64,000 nucleotides of DNA from Lingula anatina (taxonomy: Eukaryota; Animalia; Brachiopoda), in the NCBI GenBank assembly GCA_051362555.1, contig JBPQGU010000016.1:2418001-2482000 (forward strand). Reading direction: 5' to 3'. Shown piece after piece: positions 48,501 to 61,800 of this stretch (position 1 is the stretch's first letter; each line of letters starts with the position of its first letter). A program made the position numbers and the translations under genes. The notes under the pieces were generated by a model. It searched no databases. It had not been told where the DNA came from and saw only the letters and a program-made list of their open reading frames with translations.

Positions 48501-51500
48501 TATTGTGTCAGGTAGGTGTGTTTGGTCATTTGTAGTGAGGGTAAAGTGCTGGAAGAGTGATTGTGTCATTATTTAGGAAGAAATAGAGCAAAAACTCTCT
48601 CCACCCCCCTCTCTCCAAATCCTGTTCTCAGGTGTGCTTTCTGGCAATCTTTAAAGCTGAAATTGGGGGCTTTATTGAAGTGACCCGGGCGCGTTTCCAC
48701 ATTTTTTATGAATGTCAGGTGTGGTAAATTAATTTTCATCACTTTTTGGAAAAATTGGTGACGGGTCATTTTTGGGTGATTTTGAGAGATTTTCGTAAGG
48801 TCCGGATATGGCAGTTTTCTTCAATTTTGGCCAGGTAGGGATGAAAAATTTTTTTCTTCAATATTGTGTCAGGTAGGTGTGTTTGGTCATTTGTAGTGAG
48901 GGTAAAGTGCTGGAAGAGTGATTGTGTCATTATTTAGGAAGAAATAGAGCAAAAACTCTCTCCAGCCCCCTCTCTCCAAATCCTGTTCTCAGGTGTGCTT
49001 TCTGGCAATCTTTAAAGCTGAAATTGGGGGCTTTAATGAAGTGACCCGGGCGCGTTTCCACATTTTTTATGAATGTCAGGTGTGGTAAATTAATTTTCAT
49101 CACTTTTTGGAAAAATTGGTGACGAGTCATTTTTGGGTGATTTTGAGAGATTTTCGTAAGGTCCGGATATGGCAGTTTTCTTCAATTTTGGCCAGGTAGG
49201 GATGAAAAATTTTTTTCTTCAATATTGTGTCAGGTAGGTGTGTTTGGTCATTTGTAGTGAGGGTAAAGTGCTGGAAGAGTGATTGTGTCATTATTTAGGA
49301 AGAAATAGAGCAAAAACTCTCTCCACCACCCCTCTCTCGAAATCCTGTTCTCAGGTGTGCTTTCTGGCAATCTTTAAAGCTGAAATTGGGGGCTTTAATG
49401 AAGTGACCCGGGCGCGTTTCCACATTTTTTATGAATGTCAGGTGTGGTAAATTAATTTTCATCACTTTTTGGAAAAATTGGTGACGGGTCATTTTTGGGT
49501 GATTTTGAGAGATTTTCGTAAGGTCCGGATATGGCAGTTTTCTTCAATTTTGGCCAGGTAGGGATGAAAAATTTTTTCTTCAATATTGTGTCAGGTAGGT
49601 GTGTTTGGTCATTTGTAGTGAGGGTAAAGTGCTGGAAGAGTGATTGTGTCATTATTTAGGAAGAAATAGAGCAAAAACTCTCTCCACCCCCCCTCTCTCC
49701 AAATCCTGTTCTCAGGTGTGCTTTCTGGCAATCTTTAAAGCTGAAATTGGGGGCTTTAATGAAGTGACCCGGGCGCGTTTCCACATTTTTTATGAATGTC
49801 AGGTGTGGTAAATTAATTTTCATCACTTTTTGGAAAAATTGGTGACGGGTCATTTTTGGGTGATTTTGAGAGATTTTCGTAAGGTCCGGATATGGCAGTT
49901 TTCTTCAATTTTGGCCAGGTAGGGATGAAAAATTTTTTTCTTCAATATTGTGTCAGGTAGGTGTGTTTGGTCATTTGTAGTGAGGGTAAAGTGCTGGAAG
50001 AGTGATTGTGTCATTATTTAGGAAGAAATGGAGCAAAAACTCTCTCCACCCCCCCCTCTCTCCAAATCCTGTTCTCAGGTGTGCTTTCTGGCAATCTTTA
50101 AAGCTGAAATTGGGGGCTTTAATGAAGTGACCCGGGCGCGTTTCCACATTTTTTATGAATGTCAGGTGTGGTAAATTAATTTTCATCACTTTTTGGAAAA
50201 ATTGGTGACGGGTCATTTTTGGGTGATTTTGAGAGATTTTCGTAAGGTCCGGATATGGCAGTTTTCTTCAATTTTGGCCAGGTAGGGATGAAAAATTTTT
50301 TTCTTCAATATTGTGTCAGGTAGGTGTGTTTGGTCATTTGTAGTGAGGGTAAAGTGCTGGAAGAGTGATTGTGTCATTATTTAGGAAGAAATAGAGCAAA
50401 AACTCTTTCCACCCCCCCTCTCTCCAAATCCTGTTCTCAGGTGTGCTTTCTGGCAATCTTTAAAGCTGAAATTGGGGGCTTTAATGAAGTGACCCGGGCG
50501 CGTTTCCACATTTTTTATGAATGTCAGGTGTGGTAAATTAATTTTCATCACTTTTTGGAAAAATTGGTGACGGGTCATTTTTGGGTGATTTTGAGAGATT
50601 TTCGTAAGGTCCGGATATGGCAGTTTTCTTCAATTTTGGCCAGGTAGGGATGAAAAATTTTTTTCTTCAATATTGTGTCAGGTAGGTGTGTTTGGTCATT
50701 TGTAGTGAGGGTAAAGTGCTGGAAGAGTGATTGTGTCATTATTTAGGAAGAAATAGAGCAAAAACTCTCTCCACCACCCCTCTCTCGAAATCCTGTTCTC
50801 AGGTGTGCTTTCTGGCAATCTTTAAAGCTGAAATTGGGGGCTTTAATGAAGTGACCCGGGTGCGTTTCCACATTTTTTATGAATGTCAGGTGTGGTAAAT
50901 TAATTTTCATCACTTTTTGGAAAAATTGGTGACGGGTCATTTTTGGGTGATTTTGAGAGATTTTCGTAAGGTCCGGATATGGCAGTTTTCTTCAATTTTG
51001 GCCAGGTAGGGATGAAAAATTTTTTTCTTCAATATTGTGTCAGGTAGGTGTGTTTGGTCATTTGTAGTGAGGGTAAAGTGCTGGAAGAGTGATTGTGTCA
51101 TTATTTAGGAAGAAATAGAGCAAAAACTCTCTCCACCCCCCCTCTCTCCAAATCCTGTTCTCAGGTGTGCTTTCTGGCAATCTTTAAAGCTGAAATTGGG
51201 GGCTTTAATGAAGTGACCCGGGCGCGTTTCCACATTTTTTATGAATGTCAGGTGTGGTAAATTAATTTTCATCACTTTTTGGAAAAATTGGTGACGGGTC
51301 ATTTTTGGGTGATTTTGAGAGATTTTCGTAAGGTCCGGATATGGCAGTTTTCTTCAATTTTGGCCAGGTAGGGATGAAAAATTTTTTTCTTCAATATTGT
51401 GTCAGGTAGGTGTGTTTGGTCATTTGTAGTGAGGGTAAAGTGCTGGAAGAGTGATTGTGTCATTATTTAGGAAGAAATAGAGCAAAAACTCTCTCCACCC

Positions 51501-54500
51501 CCCCCTCTCTCTTAATCCTGTTCTCAGGTGTGCTTTCTGGCAATCTTTAAAGCTGAAATTGGGGGCTTTAATGAAGTGACCCGGGCGCGTTTCCACATTT
51601 TTTATGAATGTCAGGTGTGGTAAATTAATTTTCATCACTTTTTGGAAAAATTGGTGACGGGTCATTTTTGGGTGATTTTGAGAGATTTTCGTAAGGTCCG
51701 GATATGGCAGTTTTCTTCAATTTTGGCCAGGTAGGGATGAAAAATTTTTTTCTTCAATATTGTGTCAGGTAGGTGTGTTTGGTCATTTGTAGTGAGGGTA
51801 AAGTGCTGGAAGAGTGATTGTGTCATTATTTAGGAAGAAATAGAGCAAAAACTCTCTCCACCCCCCTCTCTCCAAATCCTGTTCTCAGGTGTGCTTTCTG
51901 GCAATCTTTAAAGCTGAAATTGGGGGCTTTAATGAAGTGACCCGGGCGCGTTTCCACATTTTTTATGAATGTCAGGTGTGGTAAATTAATTTTCATCACT
52001 TTTTGGAAAAATTGGTGACGGGTCATTTTTGGGTGATTTTGAGAGATTTTCGTAAGGTCCGGATATGGCAGTTTTCTTCAATTTTGGCCAGGTAGGGATG
52101 AAAAATTTTTTTCTTCAATATTGTGTCAGGTAGGTGTGTTTGGTCATTTGTAGTGAGGGTAAAGTGCTGGAAGAGTGATTGTGTCATTATTTAGGAAGAA
52201 ATAGAGCAAAAACTCTCTCCACCCCCCCTCTCTCCAAATCCTGTTCTCAGGTGTGCTTTCTGGCAATCTTTAAAGCTGAAATTGGGGGCTTTAATGAAGT
52301 GACCCGGGCGCGTTTCCACATTTTTTATGAATGTCAGGTGTGGTAAATTAATTTTCATCACTTTTTGGAAAAATTGGTGACGGGTCATTTTTGGGTGATT
52401 TTGAGAGATTTTCGTAAGGTCCGGATATGGCAGTTTTCTTCAATTTTGGCCAGGTAGGGATGAAAAATTTTTTTCTTCAATATTGTGTCAGGTAGGTGTG
52501 TTTGGTCATTTGTAGTGAGGGTAAAGTGCTGGAAGAGTGATTGTGTCATTATTTAGGAAGAAATAGAGCAAAAACTCTCTCCACCCCCCCTCTCTCCAAA
52601 TCCTGTTCTCAGGTGTGCTTTCTGGCAATCTTTAAAGCTGAAATTGGGGGCTTTAATGAAGTGACCCGGGCGCGTTTCCACATTTTTTATGAATGTCAGG
52701 TGTGGTAAATTAATTTTCATCACTTTTTGGAAAAATTGGTGACGGGTCATTTTTGGGTGATTTTGAGAGATTTTCGTAAGGTCCGGATATGGCAGTTTTC
52801 TTCAATTTTGGCCAGGTAGGGATGAAAAATTTTTTTCTTCAATATTGTGTCAGGTAGGTGTGTTTGGTCATTTGTAGTGAGGGTAAAGTGCTGGAAGAGT
52901 GATTGTGTCATTATTTAGGAAGAAATAGAGCAAAAACTCTCTCCACCCCCCCTCTCTCTTAATCCTGTTCTCAGGTGTGCTTTCTGGCAATCTTTAAAGC
53001 TGAAATTGGGGGCTTTAATGAAGTGACCCGGGCGCGTTTCCACATTTTTTATGAATGTCAGGTGTGGTAAATTAATTTTCATCACTTTTTGGAAAAATTG
53101 GTGACGGGTCATTTTTGGGTGATTTTGAGAGATTTTCGTAAGGTCCGGATATGGCAGTTTTCTTCAATTTTGGCCAGGTAGGGATGAAAAATTTTTTTCT
53201 TCAATATTGTGTCAGGTAGGTGTGTTTGGTCATTTGTAGTGAGGGTAAAGTGCTGGAAGAGTGATTGTGTCATTATTTAGGAAGAAATAGAGCAAAAACT
53301 CTCTCCACCCCCCCTCTCTCCAAATCCTGTTCTCAGGTGTGCTTTCTGGCAATCTTTAAAGCTGAAATTGGGGGCTTTAATGAAGTGACCCGGGCGCGTT
53401 TCCACATTTTTTATGAATGTCAGGTGTGGTAAATTAATTTTCATCACTTTTTGGAAAAATTGGTGACGGGTCATTTTTGGGTGATTTTGAGAGATTTTCG
53501 TAAGGTCCGGATATGGCAGTTTTCTTCAATTTTGGCCAGGTAGGGATGAAAAATTTTTTTCTTCAATATTGTGTCAGGTAGGTGTGTTTGGTCATTTGTA
53601 GTGAGGGTAAAGTGCTGGAAGAGTGATTGTGTCATTATTTAGGAAGAAATAGAGCAAAAACTCTCTCCACCCCCCCTCTCTCCAAATCCTGTTCTCAGGT
53701 GTGCTTTCTGGCAATCTTTAAAGCTGAAATTGGGGGCTTTAATGAAGTGACCCGGGCGCGTTTCCACATTTTTTATGAATGTCAGGTGTGGTAAATTAAT
53801 TTTCATCACTTTTTGGAAAAATTGGTGACGGGTCATTTTTGGGTGATTTTGAGAGATTTTCGTAAGGTCCGGATATGGCAGTTTTCTTCAATTTTGGCCA
53901 GGTAGGGATGAAAAATTTTTTTCTTCAATATTGTGTCAGGTAGGTGTGTTTGGTCATTTGTAGTGAGGGTAAAGTGCTGGAAGAGTGATTGTGTCATTAT
54001 TTAGGAAGAAATAGAGCAAAAACTCTCTCCACCCCCCCTCTCTCCAAATCCTGTTCTCAGGTGTGCTTTCTGGCAATCTTTAAAGCTGAAATTGGGGGCT
54101 TTAATGAAGTGACCCGGGCGCGTTTCCACATTTTTTATGAATGTCAGGTGTGGTAAATTAATTTTCATCACTTTTTGGAAAAATTGGTGACGGGTCATTT
54201 TTGGGTGATTTTGAGAGATTTTCGTAAGGTCCGGATATGGCAGTTTTCTTCAATTTTGGCCAGGTAGGGATGAAAAATTTTTTTCTTCAATATTGTGTCA
54301 GGTAGGTGTGTTTGGTCATTTGTAGTGAGGGTAAAGTGCTGGAAGAGTGATTGTGTCATTATTTAGGAAGAAATAGAGCAAAAACTCTCTCCACCCCCCT
54401 CTCTCCAAATCCTGTTCTCAGGTGTGCTTTCTGGCAATCTTTAAAGCTGAAATTGGGGGCTTTAATGAAGTGACCCGGGCGCGTTTCCACATTTTTTATG

Positions 54501-55873
54501 AATGTCAGGTGTGGTAAATTAATTTTCATCACTTTTTGGAAAAATTGGTGACGAGTCATTTTTGGGTGATTTTGAGAGATTTTCGTAAGGTCCGGATATG
54601 GCAGTTTTCTTCAATTTTGGCCAGGTAGGGATGAAAAATTTTTTTCTTCAATATTGTGTCAGGTAGGTGTGTTTGGTCATTTGTAGTGAGGGTAAAGTGC
54701 TGGAAGAGTGATTGTGTCATTATTTAGGAAGAAATAGAGCAAAAACTCTCTCCACCCCCCCTCTCTCCAAATCCTGTTCTCAGGTGTGCTTTCTGGCAAT
54801 CTTTAAAGCTGAAATTGGGGGCTTTAATGAAGTGACCCGGGCGCGTTTCCACATTTTTTATGAATGTCAGGTGTGGTAAATTAATTTTCATCACTTTTTG
54901 GAAAAATTGGTGACGGGTCATTTTTGGGTGATTTTGAGAGATTTTCGTAAGGTCCGGATATGGCAGTTTTCTTCAATTTTGGCCAGGTAGGGATGAAAAA
55001 TTTTTTTCTTCAATATTGTGTCAGGTAGGTGTGTTTGGTCATTTGTAGTGAGGGTAAAGTGCTGGAAGAGTGATTGTGTCATTATTTAGGAAGAAATAGA
55101 GCAAAAACTCTCTCCACCCCCCTCTCTCCAAATCCTGTTCTCAGGTGTGCTTTCTGGCAATCTTTAAAGCTGAAATTGGGGGCTTTAATGAAGTGACCCG
55201 GGCGCGTTTCCACATTTTTTATGAATGTCAGGTGTGGTAAATTAATTTTCATCACTTTTTGGAAAAATTGGTGACGAGTCATTTTTGGGTGATTTTGAGA
55301 GATTTTCGTAAGGTCCGGATATGGCAGTTTTCTTCAATTTTGGCCAGGTAGGGATGAAAAATTTTTTTCTTCAATATTGTGTCAGGTAGGTGTGTTTGGT
55401 CATTTGTAGTGAGGGTAAAGTGCTGGAAGAGTGATTGTGTCATTATTTAGGAAGAAATAGAGCAAAAACTCTCTCCACCCCCCCTCTCTCCAAATCCTGT
55501 TCTCAGGTGTGCTTTCTGGCAATCTTTAAAGCTGAAATTGGGGGCTTTAATGAAGTGACCCGGGCGCTTTTCCACATTTTTTATGAATGTCAGGTGTGGT
55601 AAATTAATTTTCATCACTTTTTGGAAAAATTGGTGACGGGTCATTTTTGGGTGATTTTGAGAGATTTTCGTAAGGTCCGGATATGGCAGTTTTCTTCAAT
55701 TTTGGCCAGGTAGGGATGAAAAATTTTTTTCTTCAATATTGTGTCAGGTAGGTGTGTTTGGTCATTTGTAGTGAGGGTAAAGTGCTGGAAGAGTGATTGT
55801 GTCATTATTTAGGAAGAAATAGAGCAAAAACTCTCTCCACCCCCCCTCTCTCCAAATCCTGTTCTCAGGTGTG
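33561..55873. repeat. Array domain III: more polymorphic monomers with local higher-order repeats
   Basis: Many substitutions, several recurring at fixed multi-monomer spacings (723, 1449, 2173 and 2894 bp). Confidence 0.8.
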
Positions 55874-58800
55874 CTTTCTGGCAATCTTTAAAGCTGAAAC
55901 TTTCTGGCAATCTTTAAAGCTGAAATTGGGGGCTTTAATGAAGTGACCCGGGCGCGTTTCCACATTTTTTATGAATGTCAGGTGTGGTAAATTAATTTTC
56001 ATCACTTTTTGGAAAAATTGGTGACGGGTCATTTTTGGGTGATTTTGAGAGATTTTCGTAAGGTCCCGGATATGGCAGTTTTCTTCAATTTTGGCCAGGT
56101 AGGGATGAAAAATTTTTTTCTTCAATATTGTGTCAGGTAGGTGTGTTTGGTCATTTGTAGTGAGGGTAAAGTGCTGGAAGAGGGATTGTGTCATTATTTA
56201 GGAAGAAATAGAGCAAAAACTCTCTCCACCCCCCCTCTCTCCAAATCCTGTTCTCAGGTGTGCTTTCTGGCAATCTTTAAAGCTGAAATTGGGGGCTTTA
56301 ATGAAGTGACCCGGGCGCGTTTCCACATTTTTTATGAATGTCAGGTGTGGTAAATTAATTTTCATCACTTTTTGGAAAAATTGGTGACGGGTCATTTTTG
56401 GGTGATTTTGAGAGATTTTCGTAAGGTCCGGATATGGCAGTTTTCTTCAATTTTGGCCAGGTAGGGATGAAAAATTTTTTTCTTCAATATTGTGTCAGGT
56501 AGGTGTGTTTGGTCATTTGTAGTGAGGGTAAAGTGCTGGAAGAGGGATTGTGTCATTATTTAGGAAGAAATAGAGCAAAAACTCTCTCCACCCCCCCTCT
56601 CTCCAAATCCTGTTCTCAGGTGTGCTTTCTGGCAATCTTTAAAGCTGAAATTGGGGGCTTTAATGAAGTGACCCGGGCGCGTTTCCACATTTTTTATGAA
56701 TGTCAGGTGTGGTAAATTAATTTTCATCACTTTTTGGAAAAATTGGTGACGGGTCATTTTTGGGTGATTTTGAGAGATTTTCGTAAGGTCCGGATATGGC
56801 AGTTTTCTTCAATTTTGGCCAGGTAGGGATGAAAAATTTTTTTCTTCAATATTGTGTCAGGTAGGTGTGTTTGGTCATTTGTAGTGAGGGTAAAGTGCTG
56901 GAAGAGGGATTGTGTCATTATTTAGGAAGAAATAGAGCAAAAACTCTCTCCACCCCCCCTCTCTCCAAATCCTGTTCTCAGGTGTGCTTTCTGGCAATCT
57001 TTAAAGCTGAAATTGGGGGCTTTAATGAAGTGACCCGGGCGCGTTTCCACATTTTTTATGAATGTCAGGTGTGGTAAATTAATTTTCATCACTTTTTGGA
57101 AAAATTGGTGACGGGTCATTTTTGGGTGATTTTGAGAGATTTTCGTAAGGTCCGGATATGGCAGTTTTCTTCAATTTTGGCCAGGTAGGGATGAAAAATT
57201 TTTTTCTTCAATATTGTGTCAGGTAGGTGTGTTTGGTCATTTGTAGTGAGGGTAAAGTGCTGGAAGAGGGATTGTGTCATTATTTAGGAAGAAATAGAGC
57301 AAAAACTCTCTCCACCCCCCCTCTCTCCAAATCCTGTTCTCAGGTGTGCTTTCTGGCAATCTTTAAAGCTGAAATTGGGGGCTTTAATGAAGTGACCCGG
57401 GCGCGTTTCCACATTTTTTATGAATGTCAGGTGTGGTAAATTAATTTTCATCACTTTTTGGAAAAATTGGTGACGGGTCATTTTTGGGTGATTTTGAGAG
57501 ATTTTCGTAAGGTCCGGATATGGCAGTTTTCTTCAATTTTGGCCAGGTAGGGATGAAAAATTTTTTTCTTCAATATTGTGTCAGGTAGGTGTGTTTGGTC
57601 ATTTGTAGTGAGGGTAAAGTGCTGGAAGAGGGATTGTGTCATTATTTAGGAAGAAATAGAGCAAAAACTCTCTCCACCCCCCCCTCTCTCCAAATCCTGT
57701 TCTCAGGTGTGCTTTCTGGCAATCTTTAAAGCTGAAATTGGGGGCTTTAATGAAGTGACCCGGGCGCGTTTCCACATTTTTTATGAATGTCAGGTGTGGT
57801 AAATTAATTTTCATCACTTTTTGGAAAAATTGGTGACGGGTCATTTTTGGGTGATTTTGAGAGATTTTCGTAAGGTCCGGATATGGCAGTTTTCTTCAAT
57901 TTTGGCCAGGTAGGGATGAAAAATTTTTTTCTTCAATATTGTGTCAGGTAGGTGTGTTTGGTCATTTGTAGTGAGGGTAAAGTGCTGGAAGAGGGATTGT
58001 GTCATTATTTAGGAAGAAATAGAGCAAAAACTCTCTCCACCCCCCCTCTCTCCAAATCCTGTTCTCAGGTGTGCTTTCTGGCAATCTTTAAAGCTGAAAT
58101 TGGGGGCTTTAATGAAGTGACCCGGGCGCGTTTCCACATTTTTTATGAATGTCAGGTGTGGTAAATTAATTTTCATCACTTTTTGGAAAAATTGGTGACG
58201 GGTCATTTTTGGGTGATTTTGAGAGATTTTCGTAAGGTCCGGATATGGCAGTTTTCTTCAATTTTGGCCAGGTAGGGATGAAAAATTTTTTTCTTCAATA
58301 TTGTGTCAGGTAGGTGTGTTTGGTCATTTGTAGTGAGGGTAAAGTGCTGGAAGAGGGATTGTGTCATTATTTAGGAAGAAATAGAGCAAAAACTCTCTCC
58401 ACCCCCCCTCTCTCCAAATCCTGTTCTCAGGTGTGCTTTCTGGCAATCTTTAAAGCTGAAATTGGGGGCTTTAATGAAGTGACCCGGGCGCGTTTCCACA
58501 TTTTTTATGAATGTCAGGTGTGGTAAATTAATTTTCATCACTTTTTGGAAAAATTGGTGACGGGTCATTTTTGGGTGATTTTGAGAGATTTTCGTAAGGT
58601 CCGGATATGGCAGTTTTCTTCAATTTTGGCCAGGTAGGGATGAAAAATTTTTTTCTTCAATATTGTGTCAGGTAGGTGTGTTTGGTCATTTGTAGTGAGG
58701 GTAAAGTGCTGGAAGAGGGATTGTGTCATTATTTAGGAAGAAATAGAGCAAAAACTCTCTCCACCCCCCCTCTCTCCAAATCCTGTTCTCAGGTGTGCTT

Positions 58801-61800
58801 TCTGGCAATCTTTAAAGCTGAAATTGGGGGCTTTAATGAAGTGACCCGGGCGCGTTTCCACATTTTTTATGAATGTCAGGTGTGGTAAATTAATTTTCAT
58901 CACTTTTTGGAAAAATTGGTGACGGGTCATTTTTGGGTGATTTTGAGAGATTTTCGTAAGGTCCGGATATGGCAGTTTTCTTCAATTTTGGCCAGGTAGG
59001 GATGAAAAATTTTTTTCTTCAATATTGTGTCAGGTAGGTGTGTTTGGTCATTTGTAGTGAGGGTAAAGTGCTGGAAGAGGGATTGTGTCATTATTTAGGA
59101 AGAAATAGAGCAAAAACTCTCTCCACCCCCCCTCTCTCCAAATCCTGTTCTCAGGTGTGCTTTCTGGCAATCTTTAAAGCTGAAATTGGGGGCTTTAATG
59201 AAGTGACCCGGGCGCGTTTCCACATTTTTTATGAATGTCAGGTGTGGTAAATTAATTTTCATCACTTTTTGGAAAAATTGGTGACGGGTCATTTTTGGGT
59301 GATTTTGAGAGATTTTCGTAAGGTCCGGATATGGCAGTTTTCTTCAATTTTGGCCAGGTAGGGATGAAAAATTTTTTTCTTCAATATTGTGTCAGGTAGG
59401 TGTGTTTGGTCATTTGTAGTGAGGGTAAAGTGCTGGAAGAGGGATTGTGTCATTATTTAGGAAGAAATAGAGCAAAAACTCTCTCCACCCCCCCTCTCTC
59501 CAAATCCTGTTCTCAGGTGTGCTTTCTGGCAATCTTTAAAGCTGAAATTGGGGGCTTTAATGAAGTGACCCGGGCGCGTTTCCACATTTTTTATGAATGT
59601 CAGGTGTGGTAAATTAATTTTCATCACTTTTTGGAAAAATTGGTGACGGGTCATTTTTGGGTGATTTTGAGAGATTTTCGTAAGGTCCGGATATGGCAGT
59701 TTTCTTCAATTTTGGCCAGGTAGGGATGAAAAATTTTTTTCTTCAATATTGTGTCAGGTAGGTGTGTTTGGTCATTTGTAGTGAGGGTAAAGTGCTGGAA
59801 GAGGGATTGTGTCATTATTTAGGAAGAAATAGAGCAAAAACTCTCTCCACCCCCCCTCTCTCCAAATCCTGTTCTCAGGTGTGCTTTCTGGCAATCTTTA
59901 AAGCTGAAATTGGGGGCTTTAATGAAGTGACCCGGGCGCGTTTCCACATTTTTTATGAATGTCAGGTGTGGTAAATTAATTTTCATCACTTTTTGGAAAA
60001 ATTGGTGACGGGTCATTTTTGGGTGATTTTGAGAGATTTTCGTAAGGTCCGGATATGGCAGTTTTCTTCAATTTTGGCCAGGTAGGGATGAAAAATTTTT
60101 TTCTTCAATATTGTGTCAGGTAGGTGTGTTTGGTCATTTGTAGTGAGGGTAAAGTGCTGGAAGAGGGATTGTGTCATTATTTAGGAAGAAATAGAGCAAA
60201 AACTCTCTCCACCCCCCCTCTCTCCAAATCCTGTTCTCAGGTGTGCTTTCTGGCAATCTTTAAAGCTGAAATTGGGGGCTTTAATGAAGTGACCCGGGCG
60301 CGTTTCCACATTTTTTATGAATGTCAGGTGTGGTAAATTAATTTTCATCACTTTTTGGAAAAATTGGTGACGGGTCATTTTTGGGTGATTTTGAGAGATT
60401 TTCGTAAGGTCCGGATATGGCAGTTTTCTTCAATTTTGGCCAGGTAGGGATGAAAAATTTTTTTCTTCAATATTGTGTCAGGTAGGTGTGTTTGGTCATT
60501 TGTAGTGAGGGTAAAGTGCTGGAAGAGGGATTGTGTCATTATTTAGGAAGAAATAGAGCAAAAACTCTCTCCACCCCCCCTCTCTCCAAATCCTGTTCTC
60601 AGGTGTGCTTTCTGGCAATCTTTAAAGCTGAAATTGGGGGCTTTAATGAAGTGACCCGGGCGCGTTTCCACATTTTTTATGAATGTCAGGTGTGGTAAAT
60701 TAATTTTCATCACTTTTTGGAAAAATTGGTGACGGGTCATTTTTGGGTGATTTTGAGAGATTTTCGTAAGGTCCGGATATGGCAGTTTTCTTCAATTTTG
60801 GCCAGGTAGGGATGAAAAATTTTTTTCTTCAATATTGTGTCAGGTAGGTGTGTTTGGTCATTTGTAGTGAGGGTAAAGTGCTGGAAGAGGGATTGTGTCA
60901 TTATTTAGGAAGAAATAGAGCAAAAACTCTCTCCACCCCCCCTCTCTCCAAATCCTGTTCTCAGGTGTGCTTTCTGGCAATCTTTAAAGCTGAAATTGGG
61001 GGCTTTAATGAAGTGACCCGGGCGCGTTTCCACATTTTTTATGAATGTCAGGTGTGGTAAATTAATTTTCATCACTTTTTGGAAAAATTGGTGACGGGTC
61101 ATTTTTGGGTGATTTTGAGAGATTTTCGTAAGGTCCGGATATGGCAGTTTTCTTCAATTTTGGCCAGGTAGGGATGAAAAATTTTTTTCTTCAATATTGT
61201 GTCAGGTAGGTGTGTTTGGTCATTTGTAGTGAGGGTAAAGTGCTGGAAGAGGGATTGTGTCATTATTTAGGAAGAAATAGAGCAAAAACTCTCTCCACCC
61301 CCCCTCTCTCCAAATCCTGTTCTCAGGTGTGCTTTCTGGCAATCTTTAAAGCTGAAATTGGGGGCTTTAATGAAGTGACCCGGGCGCGTTTCCACATTTT
61401 TTATGAATGTCAGGTGTGGTAAATTAATTTTCATCACTTTTTGGAAAAATTGGTGACGGGTCATTTTTGGGTGATTTTGAGAGATTTTCGTAAGGTCCGG
61501 ATATGGCAGTTTTCTTCAATTTTGGCCAGGTAGGGATGAAAAATTTTTTTCTTCAATATTGTGTCAGGTAGGTGTGTTTGGTCATTTGTAGTGAGGGTAA
61601 AGTGCTGGAAGAGGGATTGTGTCATTATTTAGGAAGAAATAGAGCAAAAACTCTCTCCACCCCCCCTCTCTCCAAATCCTGTTCTCAGGTGTGCTTTCTG
61701 GCAATCTTTAAAGCTGAAATTGGGGGCTTTAATGAAGTGACCCGGGCGCGTTTCCACATTTTTTATGAATGTCAGGTGTGGTAAATTAATTTTCATCACT

